A stretch of 64,000 nt of DNA from Tubiluchus corallicola (lineage: Eukaryota; Animalia; Priapulida), in the NCBI GenBank assembly GCA_030141605.1, contig JAQGDQ010000438.1, forward strand, positions 36,130-100,129, in the 5' to 3' direction. Numbering within the stretch: position 1 is the stretch's first letter; every line of letters starts with the position of its first letter. Shown one piece after another: positions 23,141 through 37,057 of this stretch. Below the pieces are notes generated by a model. The model worked only from the letters and a program-made list of their open reading frames with translations. It was not told where the DNA came from and did no database searches. The position numbers and the translations under genes are program-made.

Positions 23141-26100
23141 GGGAACCTTGCCAAAAGAAGTTAATTGCTGTCTGGTGAAAAGGAATTTTAATACGAGAAA
23201 CTTCCAACTCAGCTGACATACAATTAATTATGAATTACTAATCAGATCAGAAAACTACTTCTTTAGCCTAGTTTTATCTGCCCTCAGCTCTATAGCCCGC
23301 GTATATCTGGCACATATGCCCTATTGTGTGAAACAAGATGCCCCTTTTGTTCACTCACGTGTACCAACTAACTATTTGTTCGTAACATCAGATAATCATG
23401 TGCAATTCTCTGTTCTTTTCTAATGTTCACGTAGGTTATAGGAAGTTTAAATAAAGTAAAATAAAATAACGTTCTAACTAATACAATGCCCAAAGAATTT
23501 TGCAAGACAATCCATATTTAGTGTGAAAGTTTTATAAAAAAAAATTAAACTGTGATTATCACATTAACTGCACCTTGCGAAAATAAGACAAACGAGACGC
23601 ATTTCTCAAACAAGTTAAAAAGAGGTTTACTTTACTCACCAAGTTCACCTTCAAATGTTTGTTTCCTCTTGTTTCCTATGTATATCTTGACTGTTGCACC
23701 AGCGTCCACAAAAGTGCTCAATTCTGGTTCTCCTTATATAGTAGGTAGAGACGAAAAGTCACCCTTAACTCTTTCACCTTAGCATTCATTGTCTAAAGCC
23801 AACTTGATTAACTCACGGAATAAACTTTCAGAAGTCGCATTTTAGGTGAGAATGTCACCTTTTACCTGTTTGCGTTTTTTGCTTGTTTCCACAAACGAAG
23901 TGATTAAAGTCAGTCATGTACATTTACGCTCGTAAACAAGCCATGCCCTTCCAGTGACCACTGACTCCAGGTTAACAATTTTCATGTTTAACTCATGTTC
24001 AAACTTACATTAATACATTTCATAAACTTTATACGTAATAACATATATTAAAAAATAGTTAGTACTACAGACTAGTTGAAGTTTGTATTAGAAAAACGAA
24101 ACAAAGGAATCAATTGTTTTTTATTTATCATCATCATCCAATGAATCACACGTCCAGTGACATGATTCTGCTCACCTCTCAATGCCAGGACTCCCTACAC
24201 GCTGCAACGCCCCAAGTACATTTATTTCTAAGGATCAATGCTGCTGTGTTTAAATCTTTCTGTGCAAAATCTAAATATGTTAACATTTGTCCTCCTGCAG
24301 GTTTTTTAGCTGGTTCTATGACTTGTTGAAGAACTGTCTTTACTGGAATATCTTCAGGTAATGTAAGCATATGCCCAATCCATCTTAAACGGCGTCTTTT
24401 TTATTTTTATTGTCCTTACAGCCAGGCTTCCTTTACAATGTTTTAGCAGTGACAATAAACTTATGGACGACTTCTGACAATGTTTTTGTAGCAACAATCA
24501 ACCTTTCGCTTTTTGTCATTGTAGAAGAACAATGATATGCAATGAAGGCCTGGTCGAGTGAAAGTTACAGAATACAGGTCAGCAAAATGGTCTCTAAAAT
24601 CCAAATTTTGGTTAAGATTTGCAGCAATAAACTACATGTAATTGGTATTATTGTTCAATTATTCAATAATCAGCCCCACAACAAAACGAGTGACGTCACC
24701 CGAATGATGTCACTGAAACAGCGGCAACAACTCTCTTATGATGTAACAGTTTCAAGCAAACTAGTGAGTGAGACACACGCTTTTAAAACGTCGTCCCACT
24801 CATATTTAACAAAAGAATTATCAAAGCGTTTTAATTTCAAAAATGCCGCGCAGGTATGCTGTAGCAACGACCCGTTTACCACCCGGGGTCACGGTGCATC
24901 CGCCACCCGGAGATCCTCCAGTAGTTTATAACATAGCAACACTATGTTGATAGTTGTTATAGAGATCATAATTGTGCGTTTTGTTGCAAGGAGGCTCAGT
25001 ATCTGAGTACAAATTTCCTGGTTGTCAAGTCACACAAAATAAAGCATGACGTAAACAAATAGAGCTTAGTTTCTGACAGTAAAAGCCCGAAGTTCCCACA
25101 AGAAAACTTACTGTATTATTAATACAGATTTATGCAATGATTTGCCAGCGCAAATAACCAGCCGTCTACTCTAAAAATGTTCATTAAATTGCCTACATTG
25201 ATTGATCGCATTTCTAGGCACAAGTCCCAAGAAGGAGGCCATTGGAAGTCCAAGGCAGAACAGCCTCAGCGCATACCAGACTATCAGGAGTGCAGCTGTA
25301 AGTCTGAACCTTTTGACTCCCTTGAACGGTGATAATTTTACGATTAAACATATCAACACTTCACCTAAAGTTGTATCAAAGATCCAACCAGCCACAAACT
25401 AGCAATTGCCTAAACATCATTAGAGGTGAAAAAACTGAATTTGACTTTTGGTTAGAACTGAAGAATTTGTTGCCTATTTGTACTTAGCAAATCAACAACT
25501 TGGCCAGCCAATGCAAGTAAGACAGTCAGCAGTCATTCATTCATTTGGCTGGTCAGTAAGTAAGTAGTTAATCAATCAGTCAGTCTGCCACTCAGCCAGT
25601 AGTCAGTCACTCAACAATCTGTCAGTAAGTTAGTAAGTCAGTCAGTCAGTCAGTCCGTTCAGTCTGTAGTACTAGTCAGTCAACCAGTTAACAGTATTTC
25701 ACTCAGTTGGTCAGTCAGTGACAGCCAACCAACCAATCAGGTCAACTAGACTGCTTGATGAGTAATCACAATTGTAATAACTAATAAGTTTTAGTATCTT
25801 TGTCAAAATTGCAGTCCGAATGTGATCAGCATACAAGTAAGAAGAGCTGACCGTCACCAATGCCACAATAGTGTAAGACAGCCAGTGTATGTGTTAGATA
25901 GAGGTGATGCGTTCCAACTGCCTTCCAACAGAAACAACAACAAGTCTTTGTGGCAAAAAGAAGACCTTGTGCGAGCGGAGCTTGCCTCGAACACGCGGGG
26001 TATGTGTCGTTCCATGTATTATTTGATTATATATATGTTCAAGAATAATTAACACTAAACTAGATCCTTTGTCGAGAATTAGTAACCAGTTATGCACAAC

Positions 26101-26537
26101 TTCAAACTTTTTTGGGGGGGAAGGACTGCCTTTTTAAACAACTTTTAACTATTTAACTAAAACGGAAGCTGAAAATATCAGGTTTTACTGCTGGAGGTTC
26201 TGGATGGTTGTCCTAAAGAAAAATTTACCTGAATTTTGTATTGATCCAGTCAGTTATTGCAAAATTTTTAGAGAAAAACCACTTATAGAGACACTTCAGG
26301 GAACTGACTAATACTTGAAACTTGGAACTGGAGAGTCTGACAAGAGGTTCCCTCCTGGCTTAACTCTAACAATAAATATACAATTTACAAAGTTGAGAGC
26401 TGAGTTCTTTGTGGCACTTACAAAAGCATGCAATGCAAATGTTTCGAGTGTTTTTAGTTGAATTGCCATGCTATACCTAAATAAGTGTTTGATTTCTATG
26501 TGTCAGAGATGGCATCACAGAAGTGAGGAGAGGGAGT

Positions 26538-26701
<164 letters not shown>

Positions 26702-26742
26702 ACCCAAGTATCTAAAGATGATACATCCTTCCCGGTTGAGTC

Positions 26743-27191
26743 CTACACTTCATTCATTACAGGACCAATGACAAGTCGTACACGTCATTCATTACAGGAC
26801 CAATGACAAGTCGTACACGTCATTCATTACACGACCAATGACAAGTCGTACACGTCATTCATTACAGGACCAATGACAAGTCGTACACGTCATTCATTAC
26901 AGGACCAATGACAAGTCGTACACGTCATTCATTACAGGACCAATGACAAGTCGTACACGTCATTCATTACACGACCAATGACAAGTCGTACACGTCATTC
27001 ATTACAGGACCAATGACAAGTCGTACACGTCATTCATTACACGACCAATGACAAGTCGTACACGTCATTCATTACACGACCAATGACAAGTCGTACACGT
27101 CATTCATTACAGGACCAATGACAAGTCGTACACTTCACTCATTACAGGACCAATGGCAAGTCGTACACGTCATTCATTACACGACCAATGA
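26743..27191. repeat. 35-bp tandem repeat, about 12.5 copies
   Basis: Unit CATTCATTACASGACCAATGACAAGTCGTACACGT. Confidence 0.95.
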
Positions 27192-28605
27192 AGTCAACGG
27201 GAAGAAGAAAATTGATTACAATTTTTGTAACCTAATTTACATTCATTTAATAATTTTTTTTGTTGTAATAATGCAGTTTTTGTTAAATTAACTAATACAA
27301 TATTTAAAACAGAGGTTTTTCATTAGTAATGTAAATCTAAGCTAAATATCTGATTCCCAGTTGAACATAAATCAGTTATAAATTAAGTTATAAATTAGTC
27401 AGGCATTAATATGGATTATGACGCATATTCAATCCCACGTTTTATCAATTTTTGAATAAATCATAATTATTATATAATTCCTGGTGTAAATGGCCACTTA
27501 AAATATGGAACCTTTTTACTTGTTCAACAACACAATTATCAATTTTAATGACACCGCTCATGCTAATAAGTTTATTATGGACTCTAAAAATATGAATTTA
27601 GTTTTAGCTGGTTTAAAGCAACGCTAATAGAAAATTTGAATCCTATGCATACAAAAATCATGCATACTACTTGATTTGTAGTGCAGTAAAACACCAATAA
27701 TACATTTAAAAATCGTGCACAGAAATCACAGCTAAATTGTGCTAATTGCATGGTATTTTAATTGTTTTAATGATAAAGAAAGTAAGTAGTTCAAGTGCTG
27801 AATTATTGAAATCCATAATTTTAGGTTCGAATTGCTCACGCCTAATGTCCAGGGGCAAATTCACTAAACTTTTTAAACAGTTTTGTTAGGAAGAACTTAC
27901 GCTAGATTTCGTAAGTTATGAAACTTCTAAACTGTTTTTTTTCTGTAAAGAGGTGATAAATTAAGATACTTACTTCGCAACTTTAAGAAAGCAAAAACAT
28001 TTCTAAGCGTGAAAAAATGGCTTGCATTGCTTTTGAAGTTGAAGACGACCATTCAGAAAAAGTGACTGCACTCGATCGCTCCACTCTACAGGAACTATCC
28101 ATGATACATTGAAATGAAGTGTGCCGAACTTTACACATAAACAGCGGAATGTATCCACACGTCACGGTACAATTTAATTTCTACATTACGTCTCATAACA
28201 CTATGTCTGTGATCCCTCTAATTCTATGCAAGATCGTTTTAATTTTATTCCTTATGAATGCATTTTATTAATTATGCTGCACTCACACGTTAAATTCCTC
28301 TTTTGCTGCTAGCAAACTTATGCATATTGCGTTCACCAAACTTGTCTAATAACTGGCAAAAAGCCAACAAGCGCATTGTTTTTCAAGGCGCAATTGTTCA
28401 GTACATGTACTGTATAACCACCTGCTACAAGCTCAGAAACTCAAAGTTAAATCTACAGCATGTATGTGTGTATTGTGCGCGTTGATTTCAGCTACTGTAG
28501 CAATAATGGTGTATGCTTTCTAACAATTTGTGGTTACATTTATATAACAAATTAACACAATAAAAGTAGCTCTTTGTTTATTCTGTGTATTTGCTAGGAA
28601 ATGAA

Positions 28606-30250
28606 TGTCAAAAGATTACAATGAAATATAGTACAATTGACGTCAAACGTAATGTCAATCATTTTCGTTGACTGCCAAATCAGCTTGCGGGTTATTTCAC
28701 ACACCCTGCAGCAGGTACGTTCGGGACGTTTTGTTATGAATAAATTTCGGAATCATGAATTAAGCGATTAATTAATGGAGTTATCAACTTCATTAGATTA
28801 TGTTGATAAAGAGACCTCCTAATTGGATTAGATAAATTTATTAAAAGAATATAGGAACTCACTTAGCTGATAAAGCATATATTTAATGTGAGGCAAGAAA
28901 TTATCGTGACAAGAGTTTGGGTTTACAAGGACTAGAACAGGCGTTCATTTAGAAAGTAAAAGTTTGTCACAGGTGTTTATTTAAGAGAGCGTAGAAATTG
29001 CAGGTGTTTAGTTAGAGGAAGCGAAGCTTAATTTTATAGCTATGCGTGGTTAGATAATAAACTCATGTAATATTATGCGGAGTTGCTGAACTAATTGTGA
29101 AGGAACAGAAAGTGGCTCTTTTCTTGAACGGAGTTTATTGCCCAAGCGAAGCGAAGAGAAATCTTGGGAAGTTAGATGCTGAAAGGATGGAGAATCAGAT
29201 AGAGGTTTTCTCATGCAAGGAGCTGTGTTAGAAAAACACCTGGGTGGTTATAAAACTTACAAGCCCAGGGTGACCTTTGAACTATTGCCACAATACGGCG
29301 TTACCGCTGAAGCGGACGCGATTGGAGAGATTGTAGCGTTAGCACGGAATGTGATGAAATCTCCGCGTGGGTACATAAGATGAGATCTTGAGGAACAGGG
29401 TTATCCTGCGAGTGAGTTGGAACTGAGTGGTTGTGGGTTAACCACGTGCCGAGAGAGAAGAGACTGAAGAAGCAAAGACAACGTAAGACCAGCGTGGACA
29501 TCTAATCTGCGTACTCAACTGTTGAGCACTGGATCTACGAATCAAGTCTTGCAACGGATTTGGAATTGACCAATTGAACAGTCATCATTGGTCATTCCAC
29601 CAAGTTAAGTTATCTTAACGTATCGTAACTGGAGAGCAACTCTGCATAGTAAATTCGCAGTGTAATAGACACCTTAAGTGTAACGTGTAGTTGATTGTAA
29701 TCATATGTTTCACATTGTAATTAGCACCTTAAGTGCGAAGTAAGGAAATAGTTAAGTGAATCTGAATAGTGTCTCTTGGAGCTAATTATTAATTGTGAGC
29801 GTCTTTGGCGATTAAGATCAAATATTGTAATATTAGTTGACTAAGAGTAATTGTTGTAAACAATAAACGGATTTCTCTTTAACTTAAATGAATAGTTTGA
29901 GTATGCTTATAGGTGTTTCAGTTAAGCAACATTAAATTCTGTAAACGAATCTGGAGAATTGCTGTGTACATTAAGTAATTTACGAGTTCAATTGCGGGAA
30001 CTTTTACTAGTAAGCTTTAGAGATTAAGACTCTTTCACAACGCGGAGTCATAGAAACAGTCTTGTGAGAAGTTATCATTGCTCTATAGACTTTATCTTAA
30101 GCTCTAGTAGCCAGGTTGTGAATAACCTTATAGCAATTAGTGTAATAGAGGCAAATCACTCTTTAAATGAGTCGTGTGTCTTAGGTCACGTGTTATACGA
30201 TCACGAGCGAGAGATAAGAATCAATATTAATTAGAGAGATTAATATTACA
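28606..30250 (+). mobile_element. Probable long solo LTR (about 1.6 kb)
   Basis: TGT...TTACA ends, AATAAA near 29862, no ORF; patchy homology to the inverted element at 31295-32720; left boundary uncertain. Confidence 0.5.
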
Positions 30251-31294
30251 TGATAACGACAACGATAATTGGTACTAGTGACCATAGTAATTAAAGACAC
30301 GGCCATAGCTTAGCTACAGGTGTGTCTAACACTGTTGTGGAAAATGCTCAACTTTTCATTAGTTAGGGGGAGAAATATGGACCTGCTTCTAGATTTTGTT
30401 ATTGTCAATTGAAATTACAAGTGAATCAGCGACAATCTATAGTCTAGTTTCGTTTATTGGAAGAAATGCACAATATTTACTTACGGCTATGAGTTGCTGA
30501 TTAAACCGTTTTGCAATCACGAAAATACGCTGTTTACTTTAGTTTATGGCTTTGTAAGTTAGATAAAAACAACTATTTGATTAATTTTAAATAAAGACAA
30601 AACAAATTTTTTCTTTTCTAGTCAGTTTTTATAAACCTCGATGAGATCTTCACAGTCAAAATTAATTCAAATGTGGTCAAAACTTATATTATACATCAAT
30701 GTAATATTAAATTGCGACTTGTGTAATTCGGACATTCAATATAAGCCTCGTCTATGGAATGGAACAATCAAATTTATTCATTTCCGTAGCCTAACAAACG
30801 GAAAAATACAAAAACTGAAAAAATCTTGCAGTTGAGTGCAATAGCAATTAATATAGAAAAATATTAGAAAGAGACATATTTTTGTTGCCATTTTCAGCTT
30901 AATTTCTTTATTATACTTAGTATTTTGTAGTGCTTTGAGACTTCGTACTACATTTTGTTTGTTGACTTGATGTGTGCCTCATGTGCCTGTGATTTATAAA
31001 TTTTGTACTTTTACATATTATTCTATATATATATATATATGTGTGTGCATGTACGCATTGGCATTGTATATAACAAAATCTAAATCTAAAATCTGTTTAA
31101 ATTGCAAAGTCATTTTTTCGCTACTTGAAGTGTTAATTTCGTGTAAAAATACCAGCTGCTCTGCAAATTTGAGTTTACGAAAAAGTGCAATCGGTTTATC
31201 TGCTGTTTAGACATTAGTTGTGACTATCATGTTGTTTAGTTTAGTTTAGTTTAGTTTAGTTTAGTCTAGACAGTTGCTGTCCAGTGTGAGCTGT

Positions 31295-32720
31295 TGTCCT
31301 AATATCACCTCCTTAAATTAAAATGCCTATTGTCTCCGTTAATCTTGATCGTATAGTGTAAGGTGACTTAAATCTATATAGCGTATAGATTGAATTTAAT
31401 ATGTCCGCTTAATCTCTTATTGCTATAAGGTGAATCCTTCACCTGACTCCGAGAGCTTTGGATATCAGTCTAGTAAGCAATGATCGTCTTATCTAAACTT
31501 CACCTTGACCTTCGTGTTGTGAGAAAAGGTCTATATCTCTCAAGTTTCCTAGCTACGCCCCCGCAATATGAGCGATAATTAATTCAAAGCGAACTAATCA
31601 GATTCGTATATCGGAAATAGTGTTGCTTGAGTTAAACACTGATAACATACATTAACTCAATCATTAAATGTCAAAGAGAATTGTTTTATTGATTTACAAT
31701 AATTACTGCTTAAGTATATCTTACAAGATTTAGTCCTTAAGCGCTTTTGACGCTCACAACTATTTTGTTAGCTTCCCAAAAGTATCTCTCTGAACAATTC
31801 TTCAATTCCTAATTCCTATCACCTAAAGTGTATACTTTACACTTGTCCTCACTATAGTACAATGTGAACTTATACGAACTACTGACGATATGCACAGTTA
31901 ATTCTCAGTTTTACCAATATGTTAAGATTACTTAACTCTGCGGATTTGACCCAATGTACAATACAATTTGGTCAATTCCGATAGCTGATATAAGACTTCT
32001 CGTTGCTCAGTGCCCAGAGTATCCTAGGAACGCAGAAAGATGTCTACGCTGAACTTCCAGAGTTGTCTTGTCGGTCGAATAACCCTCCGTGTGATTTCCC
32101 GTACACACAACACGTGACTTGTTCCAGTACTTTTCGAGATGTACTGGCTGGAACTAGCGCTGAGTTATTCGAACTCGGGGCTTATATTTCATTGAAGTAA
32201 CCTTGCAGTAACCTTCCACAATTTCTGCGGCGTATGAAGCATCAAAATTTATGGGACAAGTATAAGGACGCAGTCATTATACGCCCGTAAAACGTATCCG
32301 TGTTCTTTCTTCAAGAAACAATGACCTCGCAGAGTTTTTGTTAATTACTAGCAATTTGTGCATATCGCTCATTATAAACGGTACATCCGTCTCAACTTAA
32401 TGTTAGCTAATTATCTTAAGCATCTTAGAGTGTCCTGACGTAAACGCTATTTTTAGTTCTGACAACCTACGCTGTTTACAGTTCATTAAATCCGAGCTTT
32501 TCAGCTGGGTGAGTTTCTCATTGCACCATCTGTAAACTTATTCATGCAATCAGGGAGGCAGGCAACTTTCATACCAAAATATCGAAAATCATCGATTTAT
32601 AAATTTATTCACCACACTAAATACCGTTGGGCGTGCTTACATCACAAGGCAGAGCGACAGATCAACACGTTAGACGTAAATTGTTCCAATTGCACGTGCT
32701 TTTAATTAGCTACTTGGTTT
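31295..32720 (-). mobile_element. Probable diverged solo LTR related to 28606-30250, opposite orientation
   Basis: Reverse complement shares blocks such as GGAATTGACCAA...AGTTAAGT.ATCTTAAC, AACTCAC..AGCTGA.AAAGC and TATACGATCA in the same order. Confidence 0.5.
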
Positions 32721-34329
32721 ATGTATTTTTTAACTCATGTATTTTTATTTAGCCGTTTAGTTTCAAGTGTTTTATTTCTTATCTCTCTAACTGTTTTATT
32801 ATCTCGCTCTGCGATAATGCTAATTGTTGGTCAACTCTTATTATTGTCATTCTCTCATCATTATCATCATTACAATAATTATAGTTCATTGTTATTTCAT
32901 TCAAATTATTACATGATCATTACCATCGTAGATCATCATTGTTATTATCGCATCATTATCACCCATCATCATCAACATCATGTTCAATGGTGTCATGTCA
33001 CCGTCACTGCTAAAATTAATTACAAGTTTAATTTTTTTGGTACAGTTTTGAATTTCTTCAATGTTTTTCATCATCATCATTATCATCAGCCTCATATTTG
33101 AATACTCTACAGCCAACATCCATCATGTTTTATACTTTATTTTGAGGCCTTAAAAGAGGATAGCTAAATCAGTAAATGGCCACCTCGTTGTATGTTCAAT
33201 TGCAAAGTTAAACATAGCCAGGCCTAGTTAGTAAGTGGACGGATGATGCAAACTAAATGGTTGTGCGCAATTTCATAAGTCAAATTTTCTCTGTTATTCA
33301 TCCTGGTGATGCCTCATGATCATAAATACACATCCAAACATGTGGCTACCATAGCTCTGTTGACTCACTATCTAATCTTAATGTACTATCTTTAGGAGTA
33401 AACTAGATTCTGGTCCAGCCACAACCATCAATATTGCATGGGTCCTGCAGCTGAATAGATTCCAACTGGATGTAATCACACAAAATGTTCAAACTGTACA
33501 AAAAAACCATAGTTATGATATTCAAATTATGTACCAGCTGTAAAAGCATCTTTATAATCATAATAATAATCATTGTTACCTTTATCATTTTCGGTGTTAC
33601 AGTATTGGCATAATTTGCTGCAGCTATTTTTTAGCAAAAAAACATTAAAACGGCGAATTACCCATGTTTAACACTTTACTGAAAATTTTTAATTTACAGT
33701 TTTATTTACTTGCAAGCTAGAATTGACGTTTGATGCCAAGTGGGGTGCTGGAGCTTCGACGAATTGTTTTAGACGTTGATGACAAGTGCTAAGAATCTAC
33801 TGTTCTTCTAAAATTTTAACCTTTTGAAGAATTCAGGGTTGCCACAGAATTTAAAATAAATTTCTCTGACTTTTCTAAAACTTTTCTTTGACCAAATATT
33901 GATTTTCCATAACCAAGATAAGCCGAAATTGCATTACCAGTATACCATATACATACTTATACATTTTTGTGTATGGACATTCATATATACATATACTGAT
34001 ATATAATGCGTCGGCCCATCATTATTTTTGGAACAGAAATCGAAACTGGGAGCCTGCCAGATTTTATTTGAGGACGAATCGCTGAAAAACATTTTGGAAA
34101 AATATCGATTCACGGTGATTATTTTTGCAACCCTTTCCAATTTCCCTGACTTTTCACCCCATTTTCACCATTTTCACTGACTTTTTACCAAATTATCTTT
34201 TCCTAAAAAAATCCGAAATGGAAAAAGGCATATTATAATATAATAATTTTTATTGTTAAGCGGTCAAACTATCAAGTAATAGATATATTTTAATAACGTT
34301 GTATATTGCGTGTAATTCTTTGTATAGTA

Positions 34330-34760
34330 TTTAATGTAATGTCATGTAATGTAAAATATATTTAGTTCACTACATCATTAAAAATATCAGCAAGCTGAAC
34401 AGTAAAATACACTTAAAATTCACAAGAAACATAAAATTTAAAAGACATTAAAAATTAAAACTAATTCATCATAAAAAGTACAATTTAAACAAATAAGATG
34501 TTGTTTAAAACAATCTGATGAATTTGTAGAACGTACAGCAACAGGTAAGTTATTCCAGAGACGTGGAGCACAGACAGAGAAAGCTTTTTCACCATAGAAT
34601 ACTGTATTTAGGGACTGGTTGGCGTAAGTTAATTTGTTCATTAGCATTAGAACGAAGTGTTCGGGATTTATACGGTGTATTAAAAGATAAGTAAGGTATG
34701 CATGTGGCAAATCAAATGTAATTTAATGCATTTAATTGTATTTGGACTCATAACGGCAGA
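34330..34760 (-). mobile_element. L2-clade LINE 3' fragment
   Basis: YGEKAFSVCAPRLWNNLPVAVRSTNSSDCFK resembles the L2 ORF2 C-terminus; (TTACA)n-like tail. Confidence 0.75.
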
Positions 34761-34893
34761 AATTAGTAGACGTGTGTTTCCGTTTTTAAAACTGATACTA
34801 AATAAAATTTTAAAGAATCCAGAATAAAATTACTTTGTCGTCTAAAATATGAGATTTCTGCCACTAACTAGTCTCTTGTGACTGTGCAAAAAT

Positions 34894-35442
34894 GGTTGGT
34901 TGGCATTCTTCTGTCTCGGAAGACAATGGAGTATGCGCCAAGAGAGTCAGTTATTGATCACATTGATGGAGCTGCAGCGTCGACTGTGGCTGAGCAGTGC
35001 GATCCTTGAACGTCTCCAGGGCGCACGCCTGGGCAAGGTGTATGGAGATCCTGAGTTGCCCAGACAACAGGAACCCCCTCTCTTCCTCGCTGGTGTAGTC
35101 CAACGGAAAGCGGAGCGATACGTTTGACACCAGGTTGGCTACAGGAGCTGCCGGAGTCAGTGAGCATGCTGCACTGGTCCGCCTTTGGGGCTCCACTCCT
35201 GATTTGCAAGGTTTACTCCTCTACACGTGGCCGTTGGGTCACTTGACCTCCTCCGCCCTCTAGCCGTTGGCTGCTTGTGCAGCTCCTCCGCCTAGTGTCG
35301 AGATACAGTGTGGGCATCCCGCAAGCCTACAGCACCTGGTATTCCTTGGCGGTCACCCATCCAAGTACTAACCAGGCTCTACGTTGCTTAACTTCGGTGA
35401 CCAGACGAGAACCGGTGTTTTCAACGTAATTTGGCTGTAGTC
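34894..35442 (-). mobile_element. 5S rRNA-headed SINE (SINE3 type), 549 bp
   Basis: 120-nt 5S head (35323-35442) with no oligo-T terminator, GC-rich body, (CCAA)n tail, 11-bp TSD TGTGCAAAAAT (34883-34893 and 35444-35454). Confidence 0.85.
35323..35442 (-). rRNA. 5S rRNA-derived sequence (SINE head, probably not a functional rDNA unit)
   Basis: Reverse complement GACTACAGCC...GTTGAAAACACCGGTTCTCGTC...GAAGTTAAGC...GTTAGTACTTGGATGGGTGACCGCC..GGAATACC.GGTGCTGTAGGCTT matches the metazoan 5S consensus. Confidence 0.85.
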
Positions 35443-36850
35443 TTGTGCAAAAATAGTCTGTCTTTTATTTAGCAGACCCAAAATTTAATCCTCGCAAATC
35501 TCTATTGACATTTTGTGTGGAAAAGTAAATATGCTTCAGTGAAAAGTTATTGCTCCACTAAAATAATTAGACAATTTTTTCTCATTTGACTTTCTTATAC
35601 AGTTGACACTCGCAGCACCTTTAAACAAAACGTCAAAACCATTTACTCTTACTGATAGATTGTCTATACACAATAAGTTTGGTAGATAAATACAGTCTGT
35701 AATTGGTTTCTTGCCTGCGCCAATAATGTTAACAAACACAGAAAGAGCTCATTCAGTGGTTTCGTGCCTGTCGTTGGCACAAGCTGACATGTAGCCTCAT
35801 TCATAATGAGAAAACTAAAGCAATGTCAAGACGTAGGAATCTCGGCTGTGGGAAGCTGAGCGTGAAGTGATCATTTGATCATCAATACGCGAGTCTACAT
35901 GGAATATGTCAGCTGTCATGTAACTTAGCAAGTGAAATAAGTGACTAAAGACGTTGGAATGTAATAAACATAATAGTAATTATTTTTTACAGCGTTTCTT
36001 ATGTGTGTAACCAGTGCATGGAGTTGTGTTGCATCATTGATGTTATGGTTGTTATAGTCACCTTTTCCGCCTGGGTGTTCTGTGAAAGACATGAGCGTTC
36101 CGTGCAGAATTCTAAAAAAGCTTTACCAACAAAAAGTGGAACAAAGTTATTCAACAACCATTATTAAGCATAATTTTGAACCACTTAGAATTTTAAGTTT
36201 GAAAAGAGGTTTAAAAAGAGGTTTTAGCACTAACTTTGGCTGATTTCATCAGCGAAGTGTTTTTTTTTTCATTCTTTGGCAAAACCGGAAACAAACTGAC
36301 GCATGGCAGAATCTGTCTGTGTCGTCTACAAGTGATTCATTAACTGTTTTAAACAAACTGTTGGACTAACTTACCATAAAATCATCGAGAAGCGAACGAT
36401 GAAACTACGTTCTGAATCACTTAGTAACTGATTTGGATCGAGCAATTCTATAGTTCATTTTATTATTTAAAGTTTATTTTAGTATGTGAAATGCCATATA
36501 AAAGTTAGGAATTTACACAAAACTTAGAAATACTATGTATGTAGTTTATTATTAGTGATTTTAGTGCAAATTACGTACATTTCCTACTGAAGATTATAGC
36601 ATTAAAAACAGTGTTATGCATACAAGGCACATCAGCGTAAAAGTTGCGAAATTTCATAACATATTATATAACAATTAGTGTGCTCAAAGAAGTGAGTTAA
36701 ATCAGGAAAGTTTACATTGTCGTAGTTTGTCATCAGATGTCACTACATGTCACCAGATGTAGATTTTTTTTTGCATTGTTGAACTGGAATATTAAAATGA
36801 TTAAATGGCGAAATTTAATGGACTGATGAGAAACTAATGTTGTCATCGCC

Positions 36851-37057
36851 ATGTCTGGCCAGCGTCATAATGCAACAAACCATCTGACAAACAGTGTGCA
36901 GAATTCCGAGGCGTTTTCGTTCGTGGTGTCAGATCCATCGGATGACTGGTTTTACATTCACAATGGAAACAGTAGCGTAGATTTGTATGGTGAATCGGAA
37001 AGCCATAATGCCTATATTCGTCGTGTTGCTTTGCTCCTTACTGGTCTTTACATTACG
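36851..37057 (+). CDS. Class A GPCR exon 1 (N-terminus to start of TM1)
   Basis: ATG, N-glycosylation sequons NAT and NSS, VALLLTGLYIT, then GTAAGA donor in phase 0 matching exon 2. Confidence 0.7.

Larger units (their letters stand above)
7370..24624. repeat. Three-copy tandem segmental duplication (units about 7370-12375, 12376-20592, 20593-24624; last unit truncated)
   Basis: Collinear near-identical blocks in each unit: (TATG)n, Cys-rich gene, (CT)n, 54-bp minisatellite, RTE fragment; unit 3 stops after GTTAAGATTTGCAG. Confidence 0.95.

Noticed and set aside
26743-27191. Regular 35-46 bp repeats (also 47000-47650, 61311-61590, 63309-64000) as CRISPR arrays
   Set aside because: Head-to-tail units with no unique spacers, no cas genes, eukaryotic context
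35323-35442. Functional 5S rRNA gene
   Set aside because: No oligo-T terminator, several substitutions from consensus, and enclosed with a body and tail inside a TSD
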